Assembly: GCA_903919545.1 (NCBI GenBank)
Contig: CAIXIN010000131.1
Location: 9,082-73,081, forward strand
Source of the DNA: an uncultured bacterium
GTDB taxonomy: Bacteria > Bacillota_I > Bacilli_A > Erysipelotrichales > Erysipelotrichaceae
Reading direction: 5' to 3'
Length of the DNA stretch: 64,000 nt
Part shown: piece by piece, positions 38,900 through 48,341 of the stretch
Layout of the letters: each line of letters opens with the position of its first letter
Position numbering within the stretch: the stretch's first letter is position 1
Translations under genes and position numbers: made by a program
The notes under the pieces: generated by a model
What the model was told of the DNA's origin: nothing
Seen by the model: the letters and a program-made list of their open reading frames with translations, nothing else
Databases searched by the model: none

Positions 38900-40978
38900 C
38901 TCATTATTTTTTCCATAGACATCTCGAGGTTTTGAGCCCTGTTGAGGTCCTATGATTCCCTTTTGTTCCAACATGTCCATAATGCGTGCAGCTCGGTTAT
39001 AACCTAAGCCAAAATGACGCTGAATGGTGGAAGTCGAGGCTCTTCGTGTATCTAAAACAAATTGTTTTACTTCTTCATATAAAGGATCTTCAGTCATATT
39101 CTTAAAGCCAGTTTCTTCTTCAGGATCGTTGAGATGTAAGAATGCATCATCGAAGTTTGGTTTACGTTGAATGGAGGTCGCATCAGCCAATCTACGTACT
39201 TCATCATCAGATACATAAACCCCTTGAATTCGGATAGAGGAAGGTTCTCCTACAGGGAAAAACAACATATCCCCATACCCTAATAAGCGTTCAGCACCCA
39301 CATGATCTAAGATGGTTCTTGAATCGATACCACTAGATACTGCGAAAGCTATTCTTGAAGGGATGTTTGCTTTGATGATTCCAGTGATGACATCCGTTGA
39401 TGGACGTTGGGTCGCAACGATCAAATGGATGCCTGCTGCTCTAGCCAATTGAGTAATACGTTGGATACTGGATTCAACTTCTTTTCCCGCTACGATCATT
39501 AAATCAGCCAATTCATCAATAATAACGACGATCCAAGGCATGAATTCTAAATGATCTTGAGGTTGTTTAATTAAAAGTTCATTGTAGGTCGTGATGTTTC
39601 TAACACCTACTTTTGAGAAGACTTCATATCGATTTTCCATCATATTGACGATGACTCTTAGTACTTTTGCGGCTTCAGTCGCATCCGATATGACAGGACA
39701 AATTAAGTGAGGAATTTTTTGATAGGATACAAATTCAACTTTCTTAGGATCTATAAGCAGAAGTTTGACTTCATCAGGAGAAGTTCTTAACAGTATGGTA
39801 CTGATAAACGCATTGATACAGACGCTCTTACCACTTCCTGTTGCCCCAGCGATCAATAGATGAGGCATCTTATCGAGTTCTGTATATACGACTTTACCCA
39901 TCAAATCTTTTCCTAAAGGTACCAAGAGCTTCTTGGCTGTACGATCACCTATTGTAGGGTCTTTCATCATCTCGCTCATACGAACAGGAATCATCTCTAC
40001 ATTAGGTATTTCAACCCCGACCGCGTTTCTTCCAGGTATTGGAGCTTCTATGCGTAATTCTTTTGCTTGAAGTTCCATTTTGATGTTGTCTTGAATAGAA
40101 GAAATTTTAGAAATCTTAATGTTAGAATCGGGTTTAACTTCAAATTTTGTGACGGCAGGACCAATATGAGTACCAATTAAAGTTGCGTTGATCTCAAATT
40201 GAGTCAAGATTTCAATTAAACGTTTTCCCTTAACAACAGCCGCGTTTTGATTCGCAACTGACTTATTTTTCAGTGGTACTTCATCTAAAAGATTTACAGA
40301 AGGTAAAGTATAATTTCCAATGCTATGGATGGTCGCTGCAGAAGTCGTTGGAATATCTGCGATGATGCTTTCTTTAAGCGCTCTTCGCTTAGGCATAGGT
40401 TCATCAGGTTCGATAAATAAAGGTTGGTCATTCTCTTCTTGTGGATCACGAACTTTACGTTCTTTAGGTTTTAATTTTGGCCATAATTGATGATAATCAA
40501 TTAAAAGGACAGAAGCGATGATGAAGAAAACAAAGGCGACGATGATAGTCCCTGTTCTAGCCACCATCACATTAAACAAGGTATATAAAGCTATACTAAA
40601 AAAACCACCTTCATCATTTTCCACTTTAGAAAAGATATCACCTATTTTATTAATCCAATCACCTAAAGAAGATGGGGAAGCGGATCTTAAGATGGTGTTA
40701 AAAAGAAGGATACTTAAGATAAATAGTACGATTGAAAACCATATTCTTAGCTTAAATACAGGCCATTTTCTAAATATTAAAGTATAAAGAAAAAACAATC
40801 CAAAAACACCATATAGCACTTTATTAAACCCTGAACCAAATAGAATCATCATCACATCATCAAAGAATTCACCTATGAGTCCAAACCTTGCAGCCATAAT
40901 GAAAAGAATACATAAAGAAATGAGGGAGTAGATGAAGATCAATAATTTAGTTTCTTTGGTTTTATTTTTTCTTGCCAT
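38888..40978 (-). CDS. ftsK: DNA translocase FtsK/SpoIIIE
   Basis: N-terminal TM helices, Walker A GATGSGKS, Walker B VVIIDELADL and a C-terminal gamma winged helix (STSTIQRHFGLGYNRAARIMD). Confidence 0.92.
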   Translation of the reverse strand: MARKNKTKETKLLIFIYSLISLCILFIMAARFGLIGEFFDDVMMILFGSGFNKVLYGVFGLFFLYTLIFRKWPVFKLRIWFSIVLFILSILLFNTILRSASPSSLGDWINKIGDIFSKVENDEGGFFSIALYTLFNVMVARTGTIIVAFVFFIIASVLLIDYHQLWPKLKPKERKVRDPQEENDQPLFIEPDEPMPKRRALKESIIADIPTTSAATIHSIGNYTLPSVNLLDEVPLKNKSVANQNAAVVKGKRLIEILTQFEINATLIGTHIGPAVTKFEVKPDSNIKISKISSIQDNIKMELQAKELRIEAPIPGRNAVGVEIPNVEMIPVRMSEMMKDPTIGDRTAKKLLVPLGKDLMGKVVYTELDKMPHLLIAGATGSGKSVCINAFISTILLRTSPDEVKLLLIDPKKVEFVSYQKIPHLICPVISDATEAAKVLRVIVNMMENRYEVFSKVGVRNITTYNELLIKQPQDHLEFMPWIVVIIDELADLMIVAGKEVESSIQRITQLARAAGIHLIVATQRPSTDVITGIIKANIPSRIAFAVSSGIDSRTILDHVGAERLLGYGDMLFFPVGEPSSIRIQGVYVSDDEVRRLADATSIQRKPNFDDAFLHLNDPEEETGFKNMTEDPLYEEVKQFVLDTRRASTSTIQRHFGLGYNRAARIMDMLEQKGIIGPQQGSKPRDVYGKNNESDF

Positions 40979-40979
40979 A

Positions 40980-42644
40980 TTATTCAGGGAGATTGAGTTC
41001 TACGATGACTGGAAGCAACAATGGACGCTTCCCTGTTTCTTTCATCAAATACTTTTGCATACGATCTTTGGCTTCTACACGAACTGCCATATTTTCATAT
41101 TTCTTAGCGTTTACATATTCATTGATGGTATTTTCAAAAATATTACCTAGTTCTTTGACGATGTAGTCAGCGTCTTTGAGATAAATGACTCCTCGTGATT
41201 GAACATCAGGACCACCTATGACTGCTTTTGAATTGAAGTTGATGACCATTCCTATAACGATAACACCATCTGTAGACAGAAGTTCTCTGTCTTTGAGAAT
41301 CAAACCAGAAACATCTAAGTGTTCATTCCCATCGATCATGATTTCTTCTAATTTGATCAATTGGGTCATATCTTTCAATTCGCCTTCTTTGAAAAGCGCG
41401 ATTTGACCATTATCTAAAACGATGATCTTATTGGCTTGATAGCCCATATCTAAGGCAACATTCGCATTGTTGATCAAATGACGATATTCCCCATGAATTG
41501 GAATGTAGTATTTAGGTTTAAGTAAATAGGTAATCATTTTTAGATCCTCAATTGAGGCATGCATAGAAGTTACTTTCTTACGATCTAGAGTAATGATGGA
41601 AACATCTTCTTTGTAGAGTTCATTTTCCATACGTCCAGATTCTTTTTCGGTACCAGGAACCATAGGCGATAAGATAACAACTGTGTCTTCTTTTCTAAGT
41701 TCAATCAATTTATCTTCTAAAGTCGCTATTTTATACATCGTATTAAATACTTTAGGTCCACTTCCGGATACTAAAATAATCAAATCATCTCGGGTATTAT
41801 TAAAATTCTCACGACTAACTTCAATGCCAACAGGCATTCTATAGTAACCTAACTTTTCTACCAATCTTAATAGATCACGTTGTTCATCATTGTAGAAGAA
41901 AACTTTTTTCTTGTATTTTGCTGCGAGATCTAGAACTTCTATTAAACGATAAACATTTTGTTCATACAAGGTAACGATGATCCTATTGGTTGCTTCATCA
42001 AGTGCTTTTTCAAAATAAGGTGCAATCTTATGACTAGGTGAGGTATGCCCTGCTCTATCAGAACCAACAGATTCAGTTAATAAAGCAAGTACGCCTTGTT
42101 TACCAAGTTCAGAGAATTCTGTAATATCGCATTGGAAAGCTTCATTGTGTACATCAAAATCAATGATGAATTCACTGGTATAAACGATCCAACCATATTC
42201 TGTCCATAAAGCGATCCCAAAAGCATCTGCCATAGAATGAGTGATCCCAAAAGTACGAATCTTTCTAGAACCTACAGTAAATGATCCATTACGTTTGATA
42301 CGATGTATTTCTACATCCTTCAACTCATATTGTTTACATAGATTATCAAGAATCATGGCAGTTAATGGGGTCGTATAGACCGGTACTTTAGCTTCTTTGA
42401 GTAGATAAGGCAAAGCAGCCATAACATCGTCATGACCTTGGGTAATGAATACCGCTTTGATTCTATTTTTATTTTGAATGAGATATAAAAAATCAGGGAT
42501 GATCATTTCTATGCCTAAATGATCAGCAGCTGGGTATTTTAAACCAGCATCGATGACAAAGATATCATCATTTATTTCGATGACGGTTAGATTCTTGCCG
42601 TCCTCATCTAAACCCCCTAAAGCGAAAAGGCGTATTTGTTCCAT
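40980..42644 (-). CDS. rnjB: Ribonuclease J family protein, J2-like by synteny, with a degenerate metal-binding motif II
   Basis: RNase J architecture (MBL, beta-CASP and C-terminal domains; IPIHGEYRHL). Directly upstream of ftsK, the neighbourhood rnjB occupies in Bacillus. The start at 42644 has AGGAGG upstream. Motif II reads QGHDDV instead of HGHEDH. Confidence 0.8.
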   Translation of the reverse strand: MEQIRLFALGGLDEDGKNLTVIEINDDIFVIDAGLKYPAADHLGIEMIIPDFLYLIQNKNRIKAVFITQGHDDVMAALPYLLKEAKVPVYTTPLTAMILDNLCKQYELKDVEIHRIKRNGSFTVGSRKIRTFGITHSMADAFGIALWTEYGWIVYTSEFIIDFDVHNEAFQCDITEFSELGKQGVLALLTESVGSDRAGHTSPSHKIAPYFEKALDEATNRIIVTLYEQNVYRLIEVLDLAAKYKKKVFFYNDEQRDLLRLVEKLGYYRMPVGIEVSRENFNNTRDDLIILVSGSGPKVFNTMYKIATLEDKLIELRKEDTVVILSPMVPGTEKESGRMENELYKEDVSIITLDRKKVTSMHASIEDLKMITYLLKPKYYIPIHGEYRHLINNANVALDMGYQANKIIVLDNGQIALFKEGELKDMTQLIKLEEIMIDGNEHLDVSGLILKDRELLSTDGVIVIGMVINFNSKAVIGGPDVQSRGVIYLKDADYIVKELGNIFENTINEYVNAKKYENMAVRVEAKDRMQKYLMKETGKRPLLLPVIVELNLPE

Positions 42645-42717
42645 TATATTCCTCCTAAACTGCAACAGTTATCTGATGTAGTTATTATAGTACAAATGTC
42701 TATGATAAGATAGTCCA

Positions 42718-44148
42718 CTACACTTGTTTACCTTGAAGTGTCCACGTTTTAGCCGAGATGATCTCAACTAAGACGATTTCACCTATACAATCCGTTGTGG
42801 GTTTAAAATTAACCAATTTATTGGTCTCTGTATAACCACTATACACTTCTGAATTCTTTTTTGAAGGACCATCTACCAAAACTCGCACTGTTTTACCCAC
42901 CATATCTTGATTGTGCATCAAGGCGTGGACTCCTATTCTTTTATTGAGTCGTTGTAGACGATCATTCTTTTCACTTAAGGATACATTATCTACCATTGAA
43001 GCCGCAGGTGTTTTTTCTCGAGCAGAGTATATAAACGAATAGACATTATCAAATTGACAATGATCAATCAACTTAAGTGTTTCTTGAAACTGAGCTTCTG
43101 TTTCATTAGGAAATCCAACAATGATGTCTGTAGATAAGGCAATTTCAGGAACTTGAGCTTTTAGCTTATCAAAAATAGCTAAATAATCTTCTTTGGTGTA
43201 TCGTCGACCCATGATTTTTAAAATTTCATTATTACCTGATTGAAGTGGTAAATGAATAAAAGGCATTACATTAGGCATTTTTGCGATGACTCCAATCAAT
43301 TTATCAGTAAAGTCCCAAGGATGACTCGTCATAAATCGTACTCTTGGGATATCTTTCAAGGCTACACTTTCTAAAAGTTCCGCAAAATCAAAATCCAGAT
43401 TGAGATCTTTCCCATAAGCGTTGACATTTTGGCCTAATAGAGTCACTTCTTTGAAACCTTGTTTAACAAGATCATCTACTTCAGCTAGAATGTCTTCTTT
43501 TAAACGTGAACGTTCTTTTCCGCGTGTATAAGGCACGATACAATAGGTACAGAACTTATCACACCCATACATGATATTGACCCATGCTTTGCTTTTATTG
43601 TTTCTTGAAACAGGAAGATTCTCATAGACCTCCCCTTCTTTTGAGAAAACTTCGACAACTCTTTCTTTGTTGAAGTAAGCCTGAATCAAAAGTTGAGGTA
43701 AACGATGAATATTATGCGTTCCAAATATAACATCGACTTGATGATAGGTCTTTAATAAACGATTGACCACATTTTCTTCTTGGGTCATACAACCGCCCAC
43801 CATTAAAACGACATCAGGTCGAGTTTGTTTAATGACCTTTACATTCCCAATTTCACCAAATACTTTATTTTCCGCATTCTCTCTGATTGCACAAGTATTG
43901 AAAATGATCACATCTGCTTCATTCATTTCATCACAATGTGTAAAAGACATTTTTTCGAGTATGCCTTTGATGGTTTCACTGTCTCGTTCATTGGCTTGAC
44001 AACCATAGGTTCGTAGATAATAGGTCTTGTCTTGGCCTATGTTGATATATTGTTCTGGTATCTCAAAAAGGGATCTTTCGATCAATGTTTCGTCTATGGA
44101 TCTCTTTTGAGCCATTTTTAAATTAGGAAGATTCCAATCTTTATTCAT
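42718..44148 (-). CDS. miaB: tRNA-2-methylthio-N6-dimethylallyladenosine synthase (radical SAM)
   Basis: YGCQANERDSE N-terminal cluster, radical SAM CDKFCTYC and a TRAM C-terminus. The start at 44148 (MNKDWNLP) has AAGGAG upstream. The track's longer start runs through the ferredoxin terminator. Confidence 0.88.
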   Translation of the reverse strand: MNKDWNLPNLKMAQKRSIDETLIERSLFEIPEQYINIGQDKTYYLRTYGCQANERDSETIKGILEKMSFTHCDEMNEADVIIFNTCAIRENAENKVFGEIGNVKVIKQTRPDVVLMVGGCMTQEENVVNRLLKTYHQVDVIFGTHNIHRLPQLLIQAYFNKERVVEVFSKEGEVYENLPVSRNNKSKAWVNIMYGCDKFCTYCIVPYTRGKERSRLKEDILAEVDDLVKQGFKEVTLLGQNVNAYGKDLNLDFDFAELLESVALKDIPRVRFMTSHPWDFTDKLIGVIAKMPNVMPFIHLPLQSGNNEILKIMGRRYTKEDYLAIFDKLKAQVPEIALSTDIIVGFPNETEAQFQETLKLIDHCQFDNVYSFIYSAREKTPAASMVDNVSLSEKNDRLQRLNKRIGVHALMHNQDMVGKTVRVLVDGPSKKNSEVYSGYTETNKLVNFKPTTDCIGEIVLVEIISAKTWTLQGKQV

Positions 44149-44158
44149 AGGACTCCTT

Positions 44159-44184
44159 AAAAAAACCAAGCACTGCTTGGTTTT
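44159..44184 (-). terminator. Intrinsic terminator after the ferredoxin gene, abutting the miaB RBS
   Basis: Stem CCAAGC/GCTTGG extended by A/T pairs, then a T-run on the minus strand. It ends about 3 nt before the miaB Shine-Dalgarno. Confidence 0.65.
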
Positions 44185-44359
44185 ACTTTTGACTAATGGC
44201 TGAAGTCGGGCAAACACCGATGCAAGCCAAGCAATCGATACAGATTGATTCCTCACATTCAGCTAACCCATTCGCATCTAAGGACAATGCGCTTGTAGGG
44301 CAGACGCCGATACAGGCACCACATCCAATACAAATATCTTTTGTTACAACAACTGGCAT
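44183..44359 (-). CDS. fer: 2x[4Fe-4S] ferredoxin (58 aa)
   Basis: Not in the ORF track. Hand translation gives MPVVVTKDICIGCGACIGVCPTSALSLDANGLAECEESICIDCLACIGVCPTSAISQK, with two CxxCxxCxxxCP motifs. RBS AGGAGG. Confidence 0.9.
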   Translation of the reverse strand: MPVVVTKDICIGCGACIGVCPTSALSLDANGLAECEESICIDCLACIGVCPTSAISQK

Positions 44360-44384
44360 GATTAAATCCTCCTTTAACGAAACA

Positions 44385-44412
44385 ATTATAACATGATTTT
44401 ATTTTTTCACAA
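44385..44412 (-). promoter_or_regulatory. Sigma-A type promoter for the ferredoxin gene (TTGTGA-16-TGtTATAAT)
   Basis: The minus strand shows -35 TTGTGA, a 16-nt spacer and an extended -10 TGtTATAAT, about 25 nt upstream of the start codon. Confidence 0.55.
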
Positions 44413-44414
44413 GA

Positions 44415-45185
44415 TTAAGGGCGAATTTGCAAACGTGTTATTGAACGAGCTCTTCGATTGGATTCATCGATATCAATCAAAACAGCACAAAACTGAGCTT
44501 TATCTTCAGATACTGTAAATGTTTTGACTTCAAAACCTTTGAATTTATCCAATACTTCAGTGATATCTCTACCTATAACACTGTTATAAGGTCCGGTCAT
44601 TCCTACATCACTGATATAGGCACATGATCCAATCAATCGTTCATCTGCGGTTTGAACATGTGTATGAGTGCCTAAGACTGCACTACAGGTATATTTGAAC
44701 TGATGAGCGAAGGCAATCTTTTCACTTGTCGCTTCAGCATGAAGATCGACAATAACGATCTTATCTTTAAAGACAGGTAATAGTTTAGCCATCGAGTCAA
44801 AAGGTGTCTCCTCTACATTGTTCATAAAGATCGATCCACATAGATTTAAAACGATGACCTTAGTTCCTTTGACATCTACTTCAATAAAGCCTTTTCCTAC
44901 ATCCATAGGGGTAATATTGTAGGGTCTAACTAATCGATCAGCTTTCTCAATGTAGGTAAAGATCTCCGATTTTGAGAACGCATGATTGCCTAAAGTAACC
45001 ACATCTATCCCATAAGACAAGATTTCTTTATAATGTGCTTCGTTGATGCCTTTTCCGTGGGTAACATTTTCACCATTCGCAATAACCAAGTCGATGGCGT
45101 GTTCACTACGCAAAGAAGGCAACAGTTCTTTGACTGTTGCCCTTCCTGATTTACCGACGATATCACCGATAAATAATATTTTCAT
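44415..45185 (-). CDS. ymdB: YmdB-family metallophosphoesterase (2',3'-cyclic-nucleotide 2'-phosphodiesterase)
   Basis: ILFIGDIVGKSGR, NGENVTHGKG and LGNH motifs. Immediately downstream of rny, as in Bacillus. Confidence 0.88.
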   Translation of the reverse strand: MKILFIGDIVGKSGRATVKELLPSLRSEHAIDLVIANGENVTHGKGINEAHYKEILSYGIDVVTLGNHAFSKSEIFTYIEKADRLVRPYNITPMDVGKGFIEVDVKGTKVIVLNLCGSIFMNNVEETPFDSMAKLLPVFKDKIVIVDLHAEATSEKIAFAHQFKYTCSAVLGTHTHVQTADERLIGSCAYISDVGMTGPYNSVIGRDITEVLDKFKGFEVKTFTVSEDKAQFCAVLIDIDESNRRARSITRLQIRP

Positions 45186-46744
45186 TACTTAGCGACTTCC
45201 TGTGCTCTAGATTCACGGATGACCGTGACTTTGATTTGACCAGGATAGGTCATCTCTGCTTCGATTTTTTCTTTGATTTCACGAGCTACGCGATGACAAC
45301 CTAAATCATCTAGTTTATCAGGCATAACCATGACACGGATCTCACGACCAGCTTGAATCGCATAGGTCTTCTCAACGCCATCAAAAGAGTTGGCGATGGT
45401 TTCTAATTGTTCAAGACGTTTAATGTAGTTTTCCATGCCTTCATAACGGGCACCAGGTCTTGCAGCACTTAAAGTATCTGCAGCTTGGACCAATAAGGAA
45501 TAGATGTTGTCTGCTTTTTCATCTCCATGATGTGATTCGATGGAGTTGACGATGACATGGTGTTCACCATGTTTCTTAGCGATTTTAGCGCCTAATTCAA
45601 CATGACTACCTTCCATTTCAAAGTCGAGGGCTTTCCCGATATCATGTAACAAACCAGCACGTTTTGCCAATTGTTGATTGAGTCCAAGTTCGACAGCCAT
45701 AATGCCTGCGATCTTAGAAACTTCCATGATGTGAGATAAAGCATTTTGCCCATAAGAGTAGCGATAACGCATACGTCCTACGAGTTCCACGATTTCACGA
45801 TCAACTTTACCGATACCTAGTTTAAACAAAGCTTCTTCACCTGTTTTGATGATGGATTCTTTGAGTTCACCTTGTACACGAGTAACGACTTCTTCGATAC
45901 GTCCAGGTTGGATACGACCATCTTTCAATAGAATTTCCAATGCTTGACGGGCAACTTCACGACGTATAGGATCAAAACATGAAATCGTAATGGTTTCAGG
46001 TGTATCATCGATCAATAGATCAACACCTGTTGCCTGTTCGATGGCACGAATATTACGACCTTCACGTCCGATAATACGACCCTTCATTTCATCATTTGGT
46101 AAGTTGACGACACTAACGGTACGCTCAATCGTTTCTTCTTGAGCATATCTTTGAATCGCTGTACCTATGATTTCTTTCGCGGCATCAGAAGCTCTTGACT
46201 TAGCTTGATCTTCTTCATCGCGGATATAAGCTTCAATTTCGTTTCTGGTCTTGTGTTTAACCACATCCAGTAATTCTTGTTTCGCACTTGCGGCACTCAT
46301 GCCTGCAACACGTTCCAATTCAACGATCTGCACGTCAATTTTGTCTTGCAGATCTTTTTCCATCTTATCTAGACTTGATAGTTTGTCAGTAACTTGCTTA
46401 TTTCTTTCGTCAAGTTGTTTTTCTTTCGAGGTCAACGTTTCATCTCTAAAACTGAGATTGTCTTCTCTACGGCCTAATTTTTGTTCTGATTCTTGTAATT
46501 CTTGCCGTCTTTCTTTCAGTTCTCGTTCTGCAGCCAGCTTAAGTTCATAAGCTTGTGTTTTACCGTCTAAGACGGCTTGGCGCAAAATGTTTTCAGCTTT
46601 GATGGAAGCATCATCGATCATGAGCTTCGCTTTTTGTTGATCTCTATTTAAACCTAACTTTGAGGCCATATACATAATAATGAACCCCAAAGCAATACCT
46701 ATAATACCAGCTAGTAAGGATGGAAATAAAGACTCTTGTCCCAT
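45185..46744 (-). CDS. rny: Ribonuclease Y
   Basis: N-terminal TM segment, coiled coil, KH domain (GRIIGREGRNIR) and HD domain (LLHDIGK). 519 aa. Confidence 0.95.
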   Translation of the reverse strand: MGQESLFPSLLAGIIGIALGFIIMYMASKLGLNRDQQKAKLMIDDASIKAENILRQAVLDGKTQAYELKLAAERELKERRQELQESEQKLGRREDNLSFRDETLTSKEKQLDERNKQVTDKLSSLDKMEKDLQDKIDVQIVELERVAGMSAASAKQELLDVVKHKTRNEIEAYIRDEEDQAKSRASDAAKEIIGTAIQRYAQEETIERTVSVVNLPNDEMKGRIIGREGRNIRAIEQATGVDLLIDDTPETITISCFDPIRREVARQALEILLKDGRIQPGRIEEVVTRVQGELKESIIKTGEEALFKLGIGKVDREIVELVGRMRYRYSYGQNALSHIMEVSKIAGIMAVELGLNQQLAKRAGLLHDIGKALDFEMEGSHVELGAKIAKKHGEHHVIVNSIESHHGDEKADNIYSLLVQAADTLSAARPGARYEGMENYIKRLEQLETIANSFDGVEKTYAIQAGREIRVMVMPDKLDDLGCHRVAREIKEKIEAEMTYPGQIKVTVIRESRAQEVAK

Positions 46745-46825
46745 ATTATTTCCTCCTGCTTCTTAAGAGTAAATACTCTTGTCTATATAATAACCTATAA
46801 ACGATGTGTTTCACAAGCCAATGCA

Positions 46826-46850
46826 TTAAAAAGAGCCTTATTTGGCTCTT
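46826..46850 (-). terminator. Intrinsic terminator after recA
   Basis: Stem AAGAGCC/GGCTCTT with the recA stop codon in the 6-nt loop, then a T-run on the minus strand. Confidence 0.6.
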
Positions 46851-47848
46851 TTCTCTTCATTAATCAAAAGTAATTTAGATTTAAGCTCAACCATGATGGC
46901 TTCACCGATGACAGGATTGGCTTCTAGATAAGCTTTAACAGCATCTCTTCCCTGTCCAATTTTTTCACCTTTATAACTCATCCATGATCCACTCTTCTGG
47001 ATAATTTCATTTTCAACGGATAAATCGATTAATTCTCCAATACGAGAAATACCTGTTCCATACATGATATCGATGATAGCGATTTTAAATGGAGGAGCAA
47101 CTTTATTCTTAACGACTTTAACAGTTACTTTATTTCCGATAACTTCAACTCCATTTTTAATGGCTTCTCCACGACGAATATCAATACGAATAGAGGCATA
47201 GAATTTTAAGGCCTTCCCACCAGCCGTTGTTTCAGGATTACCAAACATAACCCCGATCTTTTCACGCAATTGATTGATAAAGATGGCTGTACATTCACTA
47301 CGATTCATAACTCCTGCCAGTTTACGCATCGCTTTAGACATCAAACGAGCTTGTAGACCAACATGAGCATCTGACATTTCTCCATCAAGTTCAGCTTGAG
47401 GCACTAAGGCCGCAACGGAATCGATGACAACCAAATCAATGGCACCGCTTTTGATCAACATTTCTGTGATTTCTAAAGCTTGTTCACCACTATCAGGTTG
47501 AGATAAAACCAATTCTTCAATATTGACACCTAATGCTTTTGCATATCTAGGGTCGATAGCATTTTCAGCATCGATAAATGCAGCTCTTCCGCCTCTTTTT
47601 TGAACTTCAGCGATAGCATGTAAAGCCAAGGTTGTTTTACCACTGGATTCAGGACCATATATTTCGACGATACGTCCTTTTGGATAACCACCTACACCTA
47701 AAGCAGCATCGATGGCGATGGATCCAGAGCTGATCGCATCTACATCCACATTGGCACGATCACCAAGACGCATAACAGAACCTTTTCCATATTGCTTTTC
47801 TATTTGTTTAATTGTTTCTTCTAACATCAAATTTTTCTTATCGTCCAT
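46838..47848 (-). CDS. recA: Recombinase RecA
   Basis: Walker [10 protein letters not shown], plus L1/L2 regions and [23 protein letters not shown]. Confidence 0.97.
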   Translation of the reverse strand: MDDKKNLMLEETIKQIEKQYGKGSVMRLGDRANVDVDAISSGSIAIDAALGVGGYPKGRIVEIYGPESSGKTTLALHAIAEVQKRGGRAAFIDAENAIDPRYAKALGVNIEELVLSQPDSGEQALEITEMLIKSGAIDLVVIDSVAALVPQAELDGEMSDAHVGLQARLMSKAMRKLAGVMNRSECTAIFINQLREKIGVMFGNPETTAGGKALKFYASIRIDIRRGEAIKNGVEVIGNKVTVKVVKNKVAPPFKIAIIDIMYGTGISRIGELIDLSVENEIIQKSGSWMSYKGEKIGQGRDAVKAYLEANPVIGEAIMVELKSKLLLINEEKRAK

Positions 47849-47873
47849 AAGTCCTCCTTTAACGGTTTATGTG

Positions 47874-48341
47874 TTAATCTTGCGTATTCCTAATCAACTC
47901 TAGTAAATTTTTACATCCGGTCTCGATGGCGGCTTCTCTTAAGTCATTTCGGTTTAAATTACTGATTCCACCAAAGACAATAGTTTGAGATGCTGTCGCA
48001 ATGGCTCCAAACCATAACCCAACTGCTTTCCCTTCTTGTGCTTCAGGTCCAGCATTTCCACTAAAAGCAATCGCATAATCCGTCTTAAATAAAAGTCGTG
48101 TTTTTTCAGCCATTTGACTTACGACTTGTGGACTGATTGTACCATACTGTTGAATAAGCTTCGGGTCGATGTGCACTAGATCAAGTTTCGCACTAACACT
48201 ATAGGCAACGATACTTCCTAAATAAATTTGTGATGCACCAGGAATACTACATATTTTCGAGGCGAATAGACCTCCTGTAAAACTCTCACAGGTAGATAAA
48301 GTCTTACCTTTTTGACTGAAAGCTTTAATAAGTTTTTGCAT
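47874..48341 (-). CDS. Stand-alone CinA C-terminal domain protein (nicotinamide-nucleotide amidohydrolase PncC-like)
   Basis: 155 aa with TCESFTGGL and SGNAGP motifs typical of the CinA_C/PncC domain. No MoCF-binding N-terminal domain. Immediately upstream of recA. Confidence 0.8.
   Translation of the reverse strand: MQKLIKAFSQKGKTLSTCESFTGGLFASKICSIPGASQIYLGSIVAYSVSAKLDLVHIDPKLIQQYGTISPQVVSQMAEKTRLLFKTDYAIAFSGNAGPEAQEGKAVGLWFGAIATASQTIVFGGISNLNRNDLREAAIETGCKNLLELIRNTQD

Noticed and set aside
40932-41166. Two overlapping plus-strand ORFs (72 and 64 aa) at the ftsK/rnjB junction
   Set aside because: They are antisense to well-supported coding sequence, have no RBS and mutually exclude each other. 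The same reasoning applies to the other 60-105-aa antisense or off-frame ORFs in the track. Examples are 4985-5230, 5379-5666, 6029-6229, 7411-7608, 7919-8191, 10859-11056, 12673-12861, 14252-14440, 16273-16548, 16964-17152, 19739-19939, 20169-20520, 21790-22276, 25028-25237, 26721-27374, 28935-29132, 32010-32234, 35107-35424, 40518-40787, 41218-41406, 43763-44016, 47712-47903, 49244-49522, 50786-51028, 53238-53483, 54890-55081, 56056-56250, 59776-60084, 61905-62096, 62513-62695 and 63149-63343.
44196-44396. 66-aa plus-strand ORF between miaB and ymdB
   Set aside because: It is an antisense shadow of the 58-aa ferredoxin gene. The ferredoxin has two perfect CxxCxxCxxxCP motifs, an AGGAGG RBS, a promoter and a terminator.
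46251-46550. 99-aa Ser/Cys/Leu-rich plus-strand ORF
   Set aside because: It is antisense to the Glu/Lys-rich coiled coil of RNase Y, a typical shadow frame.
46765-46780. Small palindrome AAGAGT-AAAT-ACTCTT in the rny 5' leader, about 20 nt upstream of the start codon
   Set aside because: A 6-bp stem in AT-rich DNA is expected by chance. Without a mapped 5' end I cannot claim a stabilising 5' hairpin or an operator.
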